A stretch of 64,000 nucleotides of DNA from Bacteroidales bacterium. Its GTDB lineage: Bacteria; Bacteroidota; Bacteroidia; Bacteroidales; UBA4181. Positions 37,998 to 48,165 of this stretch are shown here, piece by piece. The stretch lies in the NCBI GenBank assembly GCA_031275285.1, contig JAISOY010000001.1, positions 6,813 to 70,812 of the forward strand, in the 5' to 3' direction. How positions within the stretch are numbered: the first letter of the stretch is position 1; each line of letters opens with the position of its first letter. The notes beneath the pieces are model-generated. The model made no database searches. It was not told where the DNA came from and saw nothing but the letters and a program-made list of their open reading frames with translations. Made by a program: the position numbers and the translations under genes.

Positions 37998-38882
37998 ATG
38001 AAAACTGCATATGTTTTTCCCGGTCAGGGAGCACAATATCCCGGTATGGGAAAAGAGATGTACGATAATTCGGCAGAAGCACGTGCTTTATTTGAAAAGG
38101 CAAATGAAATACTTGGTTTCAGCATTACCGATATCATGTTTTCCGGAACAGAAGAAGACCTGAAACAAACCAAGGTAACCCAACCTGCTGTTTTCCTGCA
38201 TTCAGTCATTATGGCTAAGATGCTGGGGGATAAATTCCGCCCGGATATGGCTGCCGGCCATTCATTGGGTGAATTCTCGGCTTTAGTTGCCTGTGGCGCC
38301 ATGTCTTTTGAAGACGGCCTGGTCCTGGTATCCAAACGCGCCATGGCCATGCAGAAAGCCTGCGAGGCGCAACCATCCACAATGGCCGCCGTATTGGGAC
38401 TGGACGATGCCAAGGTAGAAGAAATATGTGGTCCTATTGACGGCATAGTAGTTCCTGCCAATTATAACTGTCCCGGACAACTGGTCATCTCAGGCGCCAT
38501 TGAAGCAGTAGATGCAGCCTGTGAAAAATTGAAAGAGGCCGGCGCCAAACGTGCATTGAGATTACAGGTAGGCGGCGCTTTTCATTCCCCGTTGATGGAA
38601 CCGGCACGTATCGCCCTTGAAGAAGCCATCAATGCTACCAAATTTAATCAACCGGTATGTCCTATTTATCAGAATGTAACGGCAAAACCGGAAACTGATC
38701 CGGAAAAGATCAAGGCCAATCTGGTGGCACAGCTCACTGCTCCTGTCCGTTGGACACAATCCGTAACCAATATGATCGCCGATGGTGCTACTGATTTTAT
38801 TGAAGTAGGTCCCGGAAAAGTTTTACAGGGACTGATCAAAAAAACCAACCCGTCAGTAAACGCCGAAAGCGCCGTTATCTAA
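37998..38882 (+). CDS. fabD: malonyl-CoA:ACP transacylase
   Basis: 294 aa. FPGQGAQYPGMG N-terminus and active-site GHSLGEFSA. Confidence 0.95.
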   Translation: MKTAYVFPGQGAQYPGMGKEMYDNSAEARALFEKANEILGFSITDIMFSGTEEDLKQTKVTQPAVFLHSVIMAKMLGDKFRPDMAAGHSLGEFSALVACGAMSFEDGLVLVSKRAMAMQKACEAQPSTMAAVLGLDDAKVEEICGPIDGIVVPANYNCPGQLVISGAIEAVDAACEKLKEAGAKRALRLQVGGAFHSPLMEPARIALEEAINATKFNQPVCPIYQNVTAKPETDPEKIKANLVAQLTAPVRWTQSVTNMIADGATDFIEVGPGKVLQGLIKKTNPSVNAESAVI

Positions 38883-38966
38883 AAATTACGCGATCAACAC
38901 ATTGTGGCTGATCGTCGGTTCATTCATTATCAATTATCCATTTTCCATTATCAATTTCCTATTGAT

Positions 38967-41402
38967 ATGAAGATTCTCAAATTTGGTGGTTCATCTATGC
39001 GGGATGCCCGTTCCATCAGCCTGGTACAACAGATTATCGAATCTCAGAAAGAATCGTGTATCGTTGTTGTTTCTGCATTTGACGGAGTTACCCACCAATT
39101 ATTAAAACTGGCGCAACAGGCCGTTCAGCACGACGACTCCTATAAAAGCGATATACAGTCGATCTCCAAACTACATTTCGATGTGGTCAATTCCCTGGTG
39201 CCTGCAGCACAACGAACCACCGTACTGGCCGAAGTACAACGTATCCTTGAAGAATACGAGGATATCCTCCAGGGATTATACCTCTTACAGGATCTGACCC
39301 CGAAAACCAGGGCACGGATTCTCAGTATTGGAGTACGTATGTCGGCCTATGTACTCAGCCGGGTTGTAAATAATGCCCGGTACCATAGTACAAGTGAGAT
39401 CATTCGTACCAATTCGGGATATATTGATGCCAAAGTGGAATTTAACGAGACCAATAAACTTATCCGGAAGCGTTTCGACCGTCTCGACCATATAGCTGTA
39501 CTTCCCGGATATATGGCCGGTAACAAAAACGGAAACATCACCAATCTGGGACAACGTGGAGCGGATTATGTGGCATCTATCCTGGCTGCTGCATTGAATG
39601 CAACCGGACTGGAATTATGGATGAATGTCGACGGCTTCATGACAGCCGACCCTGATATCATATCGAAGGCCCAGCCTATCGAACATCTATCCTACTCCGA
39701 AGCCATCGAATTATCACATTTCGGTGCATCAGTGATCTTCTCGCCGACTATCCGTCCGGTATACGAGGAAAATATTCCGATCACGATCAAGAACACCTAT
39801 AATCCCGAGGCAAAAGGGACTTTGATATATAACAAAAAGAAATTCCAGGACAATGAGACATCCCTGATCAAAGGGATCTCGTCCATTGAAAATATTTCAC
39901 TGATCTCCCTGCAGGGAACGGGACTGGTAGGGATCACCAATACATCGGCCCGGTTCTTCAAAGTATTATCAGACCATAAGATCAACATCATTATGGTCAC
40001 CCAGGCCTCGTCTGAATATTCCATCACCATTGCTGTAAGGCCCGAAGAAGCGGATACCGCTATCGATGCGTTGAATAAGGAATTTTATCCGAAGATCACT
40101 ACAGCCGGAGAGATCAAACTGATCGTGGAAACCGACCTGTCCATCATCGCCATTGTAGGTGAACGTATGCGTAACACTCCGGGGATATCCGCCACATTAT
40201 TCAAATCACTGGCATATAATGGAATAAGCGTTATTGCTACGGCCCAGGGTTCCTCGGAACTGAATATTTCGCTGGTCATTCGCCGTAATAACCTCCGGAA
40301 GGCACTCAATGCGATCCATGAAGGATTTTTCCTCTCGAATTACAAAGAACTTCATTTGTTCCTGGTGGGTGTCGGAAATGTGGGAAGAAGCCTGCTCCAA
40401 CAGATACAGAGTCAGCGAAGCATACTGATGGATGAGCTTAAGCTGAAGATCAACCTGATAGGAGTGACCAATTCACGTAAGATGTACATTACTCCCGGAG
40501 GCATCGAACCGGCTACTTTTGCCGAAACCCTGGAAGAAAAAGGAGAACCTTTCGATATCAACCTGTTTACGGACAATATTTCCGAACTAAATCTGCGTAA
40601 CAGCGTGTTCATCGATTGTACAGGAAGCGAAGTCATCGCCTCCTCCTACGGTAAGTTGTTCGAACACTATATTTCTGTAGTAACGGCAAATAAAATCGCT
40701 TGTTCTTCTGAATACAGCCTGTACCACTCCTTAAAGGAAAACGCCAAGGAGCACGGAGTGCGGTTTATGTTCGAGACCAATGTCGGTGCGGGATTACCGG
40801 TGATCAACACCATCAATGACCTGATCCGGAGCGGTGACCGTATTTTAAAGATAGAAGCCGTTGTTTCCGGAACACTGAACTTCATTTTCAATGTGTTGAG
40901 TGAAGATATCCCTATGAGCAAAGCCATCCGGATGGCCAAAGAAAAAGGATATTCCGAACCGGATCCCCGTCTTGATCTCAGCGGTACCGATGTAGTACGC
41001 AAACTGATCATCCTGGCACGGGAATCGGATTACCCTATTGAGAAAAAAGATGTGCAGATACAAACCTTCCTTCCGGATGATTGCTTCGAAGGCACACTGG
41101 ATGATTTCTGGAAAAAGGTAGAAGCGCTGGACGCCGACTTTGAAATCCGTCGGAAAGAGCTTGCAGCACAAAATAAAAAATGGCGCTTCATCGCATCACT
41201 CGAAAACGGACAGCCTTCAGTCGGATTGCAGAGTGTAGACAGCAAACATCCTTCCTATGAACTGGAAGGAAGTAACAACATTATCATGCTGACTACCGCC
41301 CGATATTTCGAACAACCCATGGTAATCAAAGGTTATGGCGCCGGTGCGGAAGTAACCGCAGCCGGGGTTTTTGCCGACATCATCAGGGTAGCCAACGTAT
41401 AA
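38967..41402 (+). CDS. thrA: bifunctional aspartokinase / homoserine dehydrogenase
   Basis: The ORF opens with GTG at 38904, but MKILKFGGSSM (38967) is the conserved aspartokinase N-terminus. ACT region in the middle and a homoserine dehydrogenase C-half. Confidence 0.95.
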   Translation: MKILKFGGSSMRDARSISLVQQIIESQKESCIVVVSAFDGVTHQLLKLAQQAVQHDDSYKSDIQSISKLHFDVVNSLVPAAQRTTVLAEVQRILEEYEDILQGLYLLQDLTPKTRARILSIGVRMSAYVLSRVVNNARYHSTSEIIRTNSGYIDAKVEFNETNKLIRKRFDRLDHIAVLPGYMAGNKNGNITNLGQRGADYVASILAAALNATGLELWMNVDGFMTADPDIISKAQPIEHLSYSEAIELSHFGASVIFSPTIRPVYEENIPITIKNTYNPEAKGTLIYNKKKFQDNETSLIKGISSIENISLISLQGTGLVGITNTSARFFKVLSDHKINIIMVTQASSEYSITIAVRPEEADTAIDALNKEFYPKITTAGEIKLIVETDLSIIAIVGERMRNTPGISATLFKSLAYNGISVIATAQGSSELNISLVIRRNNLRKALNAIHEGFFLSNYKELHLFLVGVGNVGRSLLQQIQSQRSILMDELKLKINLIGVTNSRKMYITPGGIEPATFAETLEEKGEPFDINLFTDNISELNLRNSVFIDCTGSEVIASSYGKLFEHYISVVTANKIACSSEYSLYHSLKENAKEHGVRFMFETNVGAGLPVINTINDLIRSGDRILKIEAVVSGTLNFIFNVLSEDIPMSKAIRMAKEKGYSEPDPRLDLSGTDVVRKLIILARESDYPIEKKDVQIQTFLPDDCFEGTLDDFWKKVEALDADFEIRRKELAAQNKKWRFIASLENGQPSVGLQSVDSKHPSYELEGSNNIIMLTTARYFEQPMVIKGYGAGAEVTAAGVFADIIRVANV

Positions 41403-41475
41403 TTAATTGAAAATGGAGAATTGAGAATGGAAAATTTTCAATTTTCAATTTATAATTCATCATTATAATTAACCA
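41403..41475. repeat. heptamer word array (GAAAATG/GAGAATT/GAGAATG then TTCAATT units), imperfect palindrome
   Basis: Sequence gaaaatggagaattgagaatggaaaattttcaattttcaatttataattcatcatt. Same word family as 28148-28175 and 37748-37775. Confidence 0.4.
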
Positions 41476-41478
41476 GCC

Positions 41479-43005
41479 GTGACAGAAAGAAAAATACGTG
41501 TGCGTTTTGCACCCAGCCCCACCGGACCATTGCATATCGGAGGTGTCCGGACAGCATTGTACAATTACCTGTTTGCCCGTAAATATGGAGGTAGTATGAT
41601 TCTCCGTATCGAAGATACCGACCAGACACGTTTTGTGCCCGGAGCCGAATCATACATCATCGAAGCGCTTACCTGGCTGGGAATACAATTCGACGAGGGT
41701 GTACATACCGGAGGAGATTATGCACCTTACAGGCAATCAGACAGGAAATCCATGTACAAACAGTATGCGGACCAACTGATTGACAACGGATGGGCCTATT
41801 ATGCCTTTGACCTGCCTGAGGATCTGGAAAAGAAAAGAAAAGAATACGAACAGGAAAAGAAGACTTTTCAGTACGACGCATCTACACGTGGTATGATGTG
41901 TAATTCCCTTACTTTAAGTGAAAATGAAGTACAACAACGTCTGAATGAAGGAACCCCTTATGTGGTTCGTTTCAAATTCCCTGCCGATACCGAAATACAT
42001 GTCAATGACCTGATCCGTGGAGAGGTAGTGGTTAATTCCAATCAATTGGATGATAAGGTATTGTTTAAATCTGACGGAATGCCGACTTATCACCTGGCGA
42101 ATATCGTGGATGATCATCTCATGGAGATCAGCCATGTCATACGCGGCGAAGAATGGTTACCCTCCGCTCCCCTGCATGTAATGCTTTACAAAGCCTTCGA
42201 ATGGGAAGATACCATGCCTTGCTTCGCACATCTGCCGCTATTGCTTAAACCCGACGGAAACGGTAAACTGAGTAAGCGCGATGGCGACCGGTTGGGTTTT
42301 CCGGTATTTCCACTTCAATGGACCGATCCGAAAACCAATGAGGTTTCATCGGGATACCGTGAAAGCGGCTATTTTCCGGAAGCAGTGGTAAATATGCTGG
42401 CACTGCTGGGCTGGAACCCAGGTATTGAACAGGAAATATTCAGTATGGATGAACTTACCGACTTGTTTTCATTGGATCGGATCAGTAAATCCGGTGCTAA
42501 ATTCGACCTGAAAAAGGCGCACTGGTTCAATCATGAATACCTGATCGCAAAACCGGATAAGGAACTGGCCGGATTATTCATGCAGATACTACATGAAAAA
42601 GGAATCACTGCAGATACAGGTTATGTGGAAAAAATATGCGGACTGATAAAAGACCGCGTCAATTTTGTTTCCGAAATGTGGGAACAGTCCTCGTTTTTCT
42701 TTACTGCTCCCAAAAGCTATGATGAAGCTGTCATCAAAAAACGCTGGAAAGAAAATACTCCGTCCATTTTACAGGATGTAAAAGGAGTTTTATCCGGAAT
42801 GACCGACTTTTCGGAGCAAAATATCCATGATACCTTACAGGCATACTCCGAAGAAAAAGCCATAGGTATGGGACAGGTAATGATCCCGTTACGTATCGCC
42901 CTGGTAGGAGGAACATTTGGCCCCGACCTGCAGGTGATCGCAAACATGCTGGGCAAAGAAGAAGTGGTGAAGCGAATCGATAAGATACTGTCCACCATCA
43001 GGTAA
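41479..43005 (+). CDS. gltX: glutamate--tRNA ligase
   Basis: 508 aa with a GTG start. [19 protein letters not shown] (HIGH) and GKLSKRDG (KMSKS). Confidence 0.95.
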   Translation: MTERKIRVRFAPSPTGPLHIGGVRTALYNYLFARKYGGSMILRIEDTDQTRFVPGAESYIIEALTWLGIQFDEGVHTGGDYAPYRQSDRKSMYKQYADQLIDNGWAYYAFDLPEDLEKKRKEYEQEKKTFQYDASTRGMMCNSLTLSENEVQQRLNEGTPYVVRFKFPADTEIHVNDLIRGEVVVNSNQLDDKVLFKSDGMPTYHLANIVDDHLMEISHVIRGEEWLPSAPLHVMLYKAFEWEDTMPCFAHLPLLLKPDGNGKLSKRDGDRLGFPVFPLQWTDPKTNEVSSGYRESGYFPEAVVNMLALLGWNPGIEQEIFSMDELTDLFSLDRISKSGAKFDLKKAHWFNHEYLIAKPDKELAGLFMQILHEKGITADTGYVEKICGLIKDRVNFVSEMWEQSSFFFTAPKSYDEAVIKKRWKENTPSILQDVKGVLSGMTDFSEQNIHDTLQAYSEEKAIGMGQVMIPLRIALVGGTFGPDLQVIANMLGKEEVVKRIDKILSTIR

Positions 43006-43010
43006 CAATA

Positions 43011-43499
43011 ATGGATGATAAAATCTTTTATCCGGAAAAAATGAAAAAACCCGAACTTATATCCGAAAATAAATACCACACAGCCGTCAATATCGGAAAA
43101 CTGGATGGGATTACAGATTACTCGATGATTCATCCCAAATCAGGGAAAGAGATCAAAGGAAAGGTATTTCTGAAAGATGTGACAAAGGCTACTGGAACGG
43201 AAATTTCATTCCAGATACTCCCTCCCAGAACCGAATTACCGTATTTCCATACTCATCGTAAAAATGAAGAAACTTACCTGATCCTGAAAGGTTCGGGAAA
43301 ATTCCAGGTAAACGATGATTGTTTCCCGATTACGGAAGGAAGCATCATACGGATCGCTCCGCAAGGGAAACGGGGATTGTACAATTCATCGGATGAACCG
43401 ATGATGTACATGGTAATTCAATCAAAAGAAAATTCCCTGGAAGAATATTCTTCCGATGACGGAGAGCGGATGACCGTGGAGACAAAGTGGAATGATTAA
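43011..43499 (+). CDS. cupin-domain protein
   Basis: 162 aa. The core HTHRKNEETYLILKGSG...GSIIRIAP is typical of a cupin_2 fold. Confidence 0.7.
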   Translation: MDDKIFYPEKMKKPELISENKYHTAVNIGKLDGITDYSMIHPKSGKEIKGKVFLKDVTKATGTEISFQILPPRTELPYFHTHRKNEETYLILKGSGKFQVNDDCFPITEGSIIRIAPQGKRGLYNSSDEPMMYMVIQSKENSLEEYSSDDGERMTVETKWND

Positions 43500-43528
43500 T
43501 GAAGAAATAGGAAATGCAATATTAACAT

Positions 43529-43590
43529 CAGAAAGTTGATAAAGTAAAAGTTAGCATGTCTGAATGTATATAAAGCCAGAAGCGAAAGTT
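43529..43590. repeat. word-repeat array (GAAAGT, ATAAAGT, AAAAGT, GAATGT)
   Basis: Sequence cagaaagttgataaagtaaaagttagcatgtctgaatgtatataaagccagaagcgaaagtt. Same vocabulary as the 28.1 kb and 37.8 kb arrays. Confidence 0.35.
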
Positions 43591-43682
43591 ACTATTACTA
43601 TGATTGTTCTGCTTTTAAAACTTTCTGTTCTCTATTTGCATTATGTGATATATTCATTGATCTTGTCTTAAATGAACATTTC

Positions 43683-44420
43683 TTATTCATTTTCCTCCGA
43701 ATTAAGATGAGATTGTTCAATTAAATCCCGGATAACAACAGAAGCACAGGTACAACCAAACATAGCCGGAAGATAGGAAATGGTACCTACTACCGACTTC
43801 TTATTCTGTTCATCACAGGGCTCTACCAACTCTTTATTAATTTGTTCCGTCGAGAAAACAGCTTTTATTCCTTCTGTGATCCCCAGCTTACGAAGTCGTT
43901 TCCGTAGAACATAGGCCAACCGGCAATTATAGGTTTTCGAGAGGTCTTCGACCTTTATCTGTAACGGATCGAACTTACCTCCTGCTCCCATGGAACTGAC
44001 GATACGCCGCTTATTCTTTAACCCGTAATACAGCAGGAATATTTTCGGCGAAAGCGTATCTATGGCATCTACCACATAATCATAAGGCCGGCTGATAATT
44101 TCGATCAAACGATCATCCCGGATAAATTCACTGATCAGATCTAATTTTATCTCCGGATTAATATCCTGCAAACGTTCTGCCATTACTTCTGTTTTCAGGC
44201 AACCTTCATTACTTTTTAGTGCCAGGAGCTGGCGATTACGGTTACTTGGCTGTACCCTGTCCCCATCGATAAGCGTCAGCCGGCCAATACCCGAACGGCA
44301 CAACATTTCCGCAGCATACGCTCCTACTCCACCCAGTCCAACGACCAGCACATGAGCAGATTGCAATTGATCCATGCCGCCCTTACCTACAAGCATTTCA
44401 GTTCTGGATAACCATTCCAT
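43683..44420 (-). CDS. tcdA: tRNA threonylcarbamoyladenosine dehydratase (ThiF/HesA family, TcdA/CsdL)
   Basis: 245 aa. VLVVGLGGVGAYAAE nucleotide-binding motif and IDGDRVQPSNRNRQ. Confidence 0.85.
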   Translation of the reverse strand: MEWLSRTEMLVGKGGMDQLQSAHVLVVGLGGVGAYAAEMLCRSGIGRLTLIDGDRVQPSNRNRQLLALKSNEGCLKTEVMAERLQDINPEIKLDLISEFIRDDRLIEIISRPYDYVVDAIDTLSPKIFLLYYGLKNKRRIVSSMGAGGKFDPLQIKVEDLSKTYNCRLAYVLRKRLRKLGITEGIKAVFSTEQINKELVEPCDEQNKKSVVGTISYLPAMFGCTCASVVIRDLIEQSHLNSEENE

Positions 44421-44464
44421 CTGTACAAATCATCAACAAATTAGTTTTCTTCTCCGATTATCAT

Positions 44465-44472
44465 TATTTTTG
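44465..44472 (+). promoter_or_regulatory. -7 box (TATTTTTG) for the PurL-like gene
   Basis: Half of the near-palindrome TATTTTTGCAAAGATA, 53 nt upstream of the ATG at 44525. Confidence 0.45.
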
Positions 44473-44480
44473 CAAAGATA
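44473..44480 (-). promoter_or_regulatory. -7 box (TATCTTTG) for tcdA
   Basis: The other half of the same near-palindrome, 53 nt upstream of the tcdA start at 44420. Confidence 0.45.
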
Positions 44481-44524
44481 ATTAAAACAAAACAGTAGCT
44501 GTTGATATAACAATTACCATACCT

Positions 44525-46591
44525 ATGGATACACAAAACACATCCGCTTTTGGAAAGCAGGAAATGGATAACCTGGAAGAAATACTGAAATACGCGGCAA
44601 AAAGCCTTAACCGTAACCTGAGTAGTCTGGAACAAAGTCTCATCACTTCCTTATATGATGATTATACAGCTTCTGTTGACCGGATCATCGTGAACAAAAA
44701 TGATGGCTTGTTGCTGCCTGAAACAGACGACAGGGCGGGAGTTGTGGATCTAACGGAGGATTACGCATGTGTATTCAAAACCGAACCGGTCTGTGTTTCT
44801 TCTCCGGATGAAAACATCGCCACCACAAACGGAAAAATGTACCAGGATCTGTTCGAGCACGGAGCACAGCCTATGGCATCATTATTATCTCTATCTGTCA
44901 GTAAAACCGATATGTCATCCCCTGAAAAAACAAGGAACCTCATTGCCCAGATCGCATCGCCCAATAACCTGTACGGAATACCGATGGTAGGGGGAGACAT
45001 CTGTTTCAGCGATGCCGGAAAGGGAGTAAGCGCTGACGTTATGTCCATAGGTATCATCGATAAGAGCGCCTGGTTGTCTCCTGCCAGTAATGGGGAAGGT
45101 AACCATGTATATCTGCTTAGTACATATGATAAAAACGAACCGGAAATTTTTTCTTTCAGAACGACATACGAGTTGATCTGTGACCTGCATGACGAAGGGC
45201 TGATCGTTTCCGCACGTGGAGTAGGAAAACAAGGAGTACTGGGTGCATGTGCTGATATGGTGGCTGCCGGAAATAACGGTATTGAATTTTATGCCGATCC
45301 TTTTACTGAGCAGGCCCCTGATTTCCAACAATTGCTGAAATACGATCCGGATCAGATTGTCCTTATTATCAAAGAGGAACATCGGGGAGACATGGAGCAA
45401 TTGTGCCGTAAATGGAACAAACAATGGTTACACATCGGAACCGTGACAGATGAACATCAGTTAACAGTGCTTCATCATCAAACGAAGATAGCCGAACTTC
45501 CTGCAAATATCCTCACAGCCTTTAAAAACACGGATCAGAAAGAGGGAAATGCAGACCTCTCACCTGAAAAACGGAATGATCCGGACTTTCCCGAAGTACC
45601 GCTTCCTGAAAATGACCAGGAAATTGCCAAATTCATGCTGAGCAACCCTAATCTTTTATCCAAACAATGGATATTTGAACAGTTTGACAGTACCATCGGC
45701 ACCAATAACCTGACCACCAATTTTATTTCCGACACTTCCGTATTGCAGGTCAAAGGCTCACGTCACGCCCTAGCCGTATCATTCTGTAACCATTTGTTCA
45801 ATATTGAAAAATACCCTGAAGCCATCCATAATATCGCTGCTGAAGCGTCCCGAAGAGTGGTCTGCTCCGGTGGAGCCCCCCTTGCCCTGACCGGTTGTAT
45901 GAATTTCGACAAGATCAATGATATTCAAAAACCGGAATACCTGCATGCCATCAGAAAAAACTTTGCTGTTGCATGTGAAAAATTGGGAATGTCTTCTTCA
46001 GGCATCAATATTAAAAATGCCTGTCCGTCAAATGACGCTCCGGTTCAGGCATCCATCGGATGTATCGGCTTCCTGAATGACAAGCATCATCACATAACCA
46101 TGTCATTCAAAGGAAAAGGAGATATGATCTACCTGATCGGCAGATCTACGGAAAGCCTTCTCTCATCGGAATACATCCGTTCCTACCATCAGATGAAAGA
46201 TACTCCTCCTCCTTCCATTGATCTGGAAGCCGAAGCGAAAGTACAATCTGTCATTCAACGCCTGATCTCGAGAAAACTGGTAAAATCGGCTCATGCTATA
46301 TCACGCGGAGGCTTGTTCCTGTCTTTGCTCGAATCCTCTATGATACGTGGTTTTGGATTTGATATCACAGTCGACGGAGAGATACGTAAAGATGCTTTCC
46401 TGTTTGGTGAATCTCCCTCCCGTGTCGTCGTAAGTGTCGCAACCTCCAGGGAAACGGATTTTATTGATTTTATGATGGAAACGGGTGTTTCTTTCATGAC
46501 ATTGGGACATGTTACCAGAGAAGAAATACGGATCGATGACAATTCTTACGGCTTTGTCAGTGATTACAAGAAGAAATTCCATTCCGCCTGA
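44525..46591 (+). CDS. AIR-synthase-related / PurL (FGAM synthase II)-like protein, divergent
   Basis: 688 aa with two PurM-like repeats (GAQPMASLLSLS, GIPMVGGDICF, WIFEQFDSTIGTNN, GGAPLALTGCMNF). The expected HNHPS and GGxxRD motifs are not recognisable. Confidence 0.65.
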   Translation: MDTQNTSAFGKQEMDNLEEILKYAAKSLNRNLSSLEQSLITSLYDDYTASVDRIIVNKNDGLLLPETDDRAGVVDLTEDYACVFKTEPVCVSSPDENIATTNGKMYQDLFEHGAQPMASLLSLSVSKTDMSSPEKTRNLIAQIASPNNLYGIPMVGGDICFSDAGKGVSADVMSIGIIDKSAWLSPASNGEGNHVYLLSTYDKNEPEIFSFRTTYELICDLHDEGLIVSARGVGKQGVLGACADMVAAGNNGIEFYADPFTEQAPDFQQLLKYDPDQIVLIIKEEHRGDMEQLCRKWNKQWLHIGTVTDEHQLTVLHHQTKIAELPANILTAFKNTDQKEGNADLSPEKRNDPDFPEVPLPENDQEIAKFMLSNPNLLSKQWIFEQFDSTIGTNNLTTNFISDTSVLQVKGSRHALAVSFCNHLFNIEKYPEAIHNIAAEASRRVVCSGGAPLALTGCMNFDKINDIQKPEYLHAIRKNFAVACEKLGMSSSGINIKNACPSNDAPVQASIGCIGFLNDKHHHITMSFKGKGDMIYLIGRSTESLLSSEYIRSYHQMKDTPPPSIDLEAEAKVQSVIQRLISRKLVKSAHAISRGGLFLSLLESSMIRGFGFDITVDGEIRKDAFLFGESPSRVVVSVATSRETDFIDFMMETGVSFMTLGHVTREEIRIDDNSYGFVSDYKKKFHSA

Positions 46592-46665
46592 TATCATTTA
46601 AACCTATTTCCGTAGAGTAATCGAAAAACGGACAGTTATCGTATCTGTCATATAAAAGCAGAAAG

Positions 46666-47178
46666 ATGAGAATATTTCTGATCGGATTCATGGGAAGTGG
46701 CAAAACCACGATCGGTAAACGATTAGCTGAACCAATAGGTTTTGATTTTGTGGATACGGATGAGTTGATCGAACATAAATACGGAAAATCCATTCCTGAA
46801 ATCTTTTCTGAATCCGGAGAAGCAGCCTTCCGCCGTATAGAGCAGGAAATGCTGGAAACCCTCCTGCAACGGGAATATATAGTAATATCCACTGGTGGAG
46901 GTATGCCTTGTTATCACGAGAACATGAAAGTCATGTCAGGAAAAGGAAAGGTAGTATACCTGAGAACCGAATCCGGAACATTGGCCAAACGCCTGATGCG
47001 TTCCCGTACCGAAAGACCCCTTATCAAAGGTAAATCCCCGGAAGAATTACAACTATACATTGAAGATAAACTGATAGAACGGGAACCGTTTTACAACCAG
47101 GCTCATATCGTTGTTGATACTGAAAACTTTACTATTGAACAACTGCTTCAATCCCTGCAATTGATGAAATCAAAGTAA
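46666..47178 (+). CDS. aroK: shikimate kinase
   Basis: 170 aa. IFLIGFMGSGKTTIGKRLA P-loop, DTD motif and GGG (ISTGGG). Confidence 0.9.
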   Translation: MRIFLIGFMGSGKTTIGKRLAEPIGFDFVDTDELIEHKYGKSIPEIFSESGEAAFRRIEQEMLETLLQREYIVISTGGGMPCYHENMKVMSGKGKVVYLRTESGTLAKRLMRSRTERPLIKGKSPEELQLYIEDKLIEREPFYNQAHIVVDTENFTIEQLLQSLQLMKSK

Positions 47179-47206
47179 TTAAATTTCTGAAAAGGATTAA
47201 TTGTTT

Positions 47207-47851
47207 CTAAATAGTTAGTTTCATATTGTAATTATAATATTTGTCTCCTTTGAAATAAACATATCCTTCGTTTGGTTTATCAAAACCCAATCGAGAATAA
47301 AATATTACATTTTCAGGAAGTTGTGTTGTTAATCCAATTAAGTTACACGCTGGATTCGAAGAGATTAGTTCCTTTATAGCATATTTGATTGCATAAGAAC
47401 CTATACCCACACCCCTGTATTCGTTTCGGATCACGACCATAGACAAATAATAAAAATCTGCTTCTTTTATTGATTTTTTAAGTGTCAATTTATTACAGTT
47501 GTCCAAATACAACATTCGAATAAATGACTTCAATCCAAATTTCAAAATAAAGTCAAATATCCCGATTTTCGAATAAACAGCAATCCCGTTTTTCACTCCT
47601 TGTGGTGGCAATAAAGTAAAGGTACCGATTATTTTTCCTGTATCTTTTCTCTTAATAATACGAGTCAAGGTCTGTTTATGATTGTTGAGAATAAGACTCG
47701 CTCTGAATACCCATATTAAACCTTCTTTTAGTTGATTTTTGTTTTTAAAGATAATCGAATAGGCTGGATTTGTTATAAAAGCATCAGTTAGCATATCAGC
47801 GACTTCATTAATCTCTGAACTATCTATTTTTTCAATTAAAAACTCTTCCAT
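47207..47851 (-). CDS. GNAT-family N-acetyltransferase
   Basis: The ORF extends to 48001 over a GC-richer spacer. The Met at 47851 gives MEEFLIEKIDSSE. GNAT motif A is YRGVGIGSYAIKYAI. Low GC. Confidence 0.7.
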   Translation of the reverse strand: MEEFLIEKIDSSEINEVADMLTDAFITNPAYSIIFKNKNQLKEGLIWVFRASLILNNHKQTLTRIIKRKDTGKIIGTFTLLPPQGVKNGIAVYSKIGIFDFILKFGLKSFIRMLYLDNCNKLTLKKSIKEADFYYLSMVVIRNEYRGVGIGSYAIKYAIKELISSNPACNLIGLTTQLPENVIFYSRLGFDKPNEGYVYFKGDKYYNYNMKLTI

Positions 47852-48165
47852 ATTGTAATTCTTTACGCTTTTTTCGCATTTCAATATTATAGTACTGTTC
47901 TCAACTTGCACACAACGCTTGGCGGAGTATGGTTGGTGGGACTTTAATCTTGTCAACCGAAGCAAATGCCTGAGCGAGCGATTAAACTTCCAAAATTCCA
48001 CTAATCAGCCTGAGTGACACCAAACCGCTTGTAATGCTTTTCATCTTGTTTGGTTTACTCGCTTCGTGGTGCGTTGGCTTGGAGGCTCTTTTGCAATTTT
48101 GGCTTTATACGGTTGGCTTGTACGAATTGCAAATGTACTACCAAAAGCGTGGATTCCTCTTGCCG

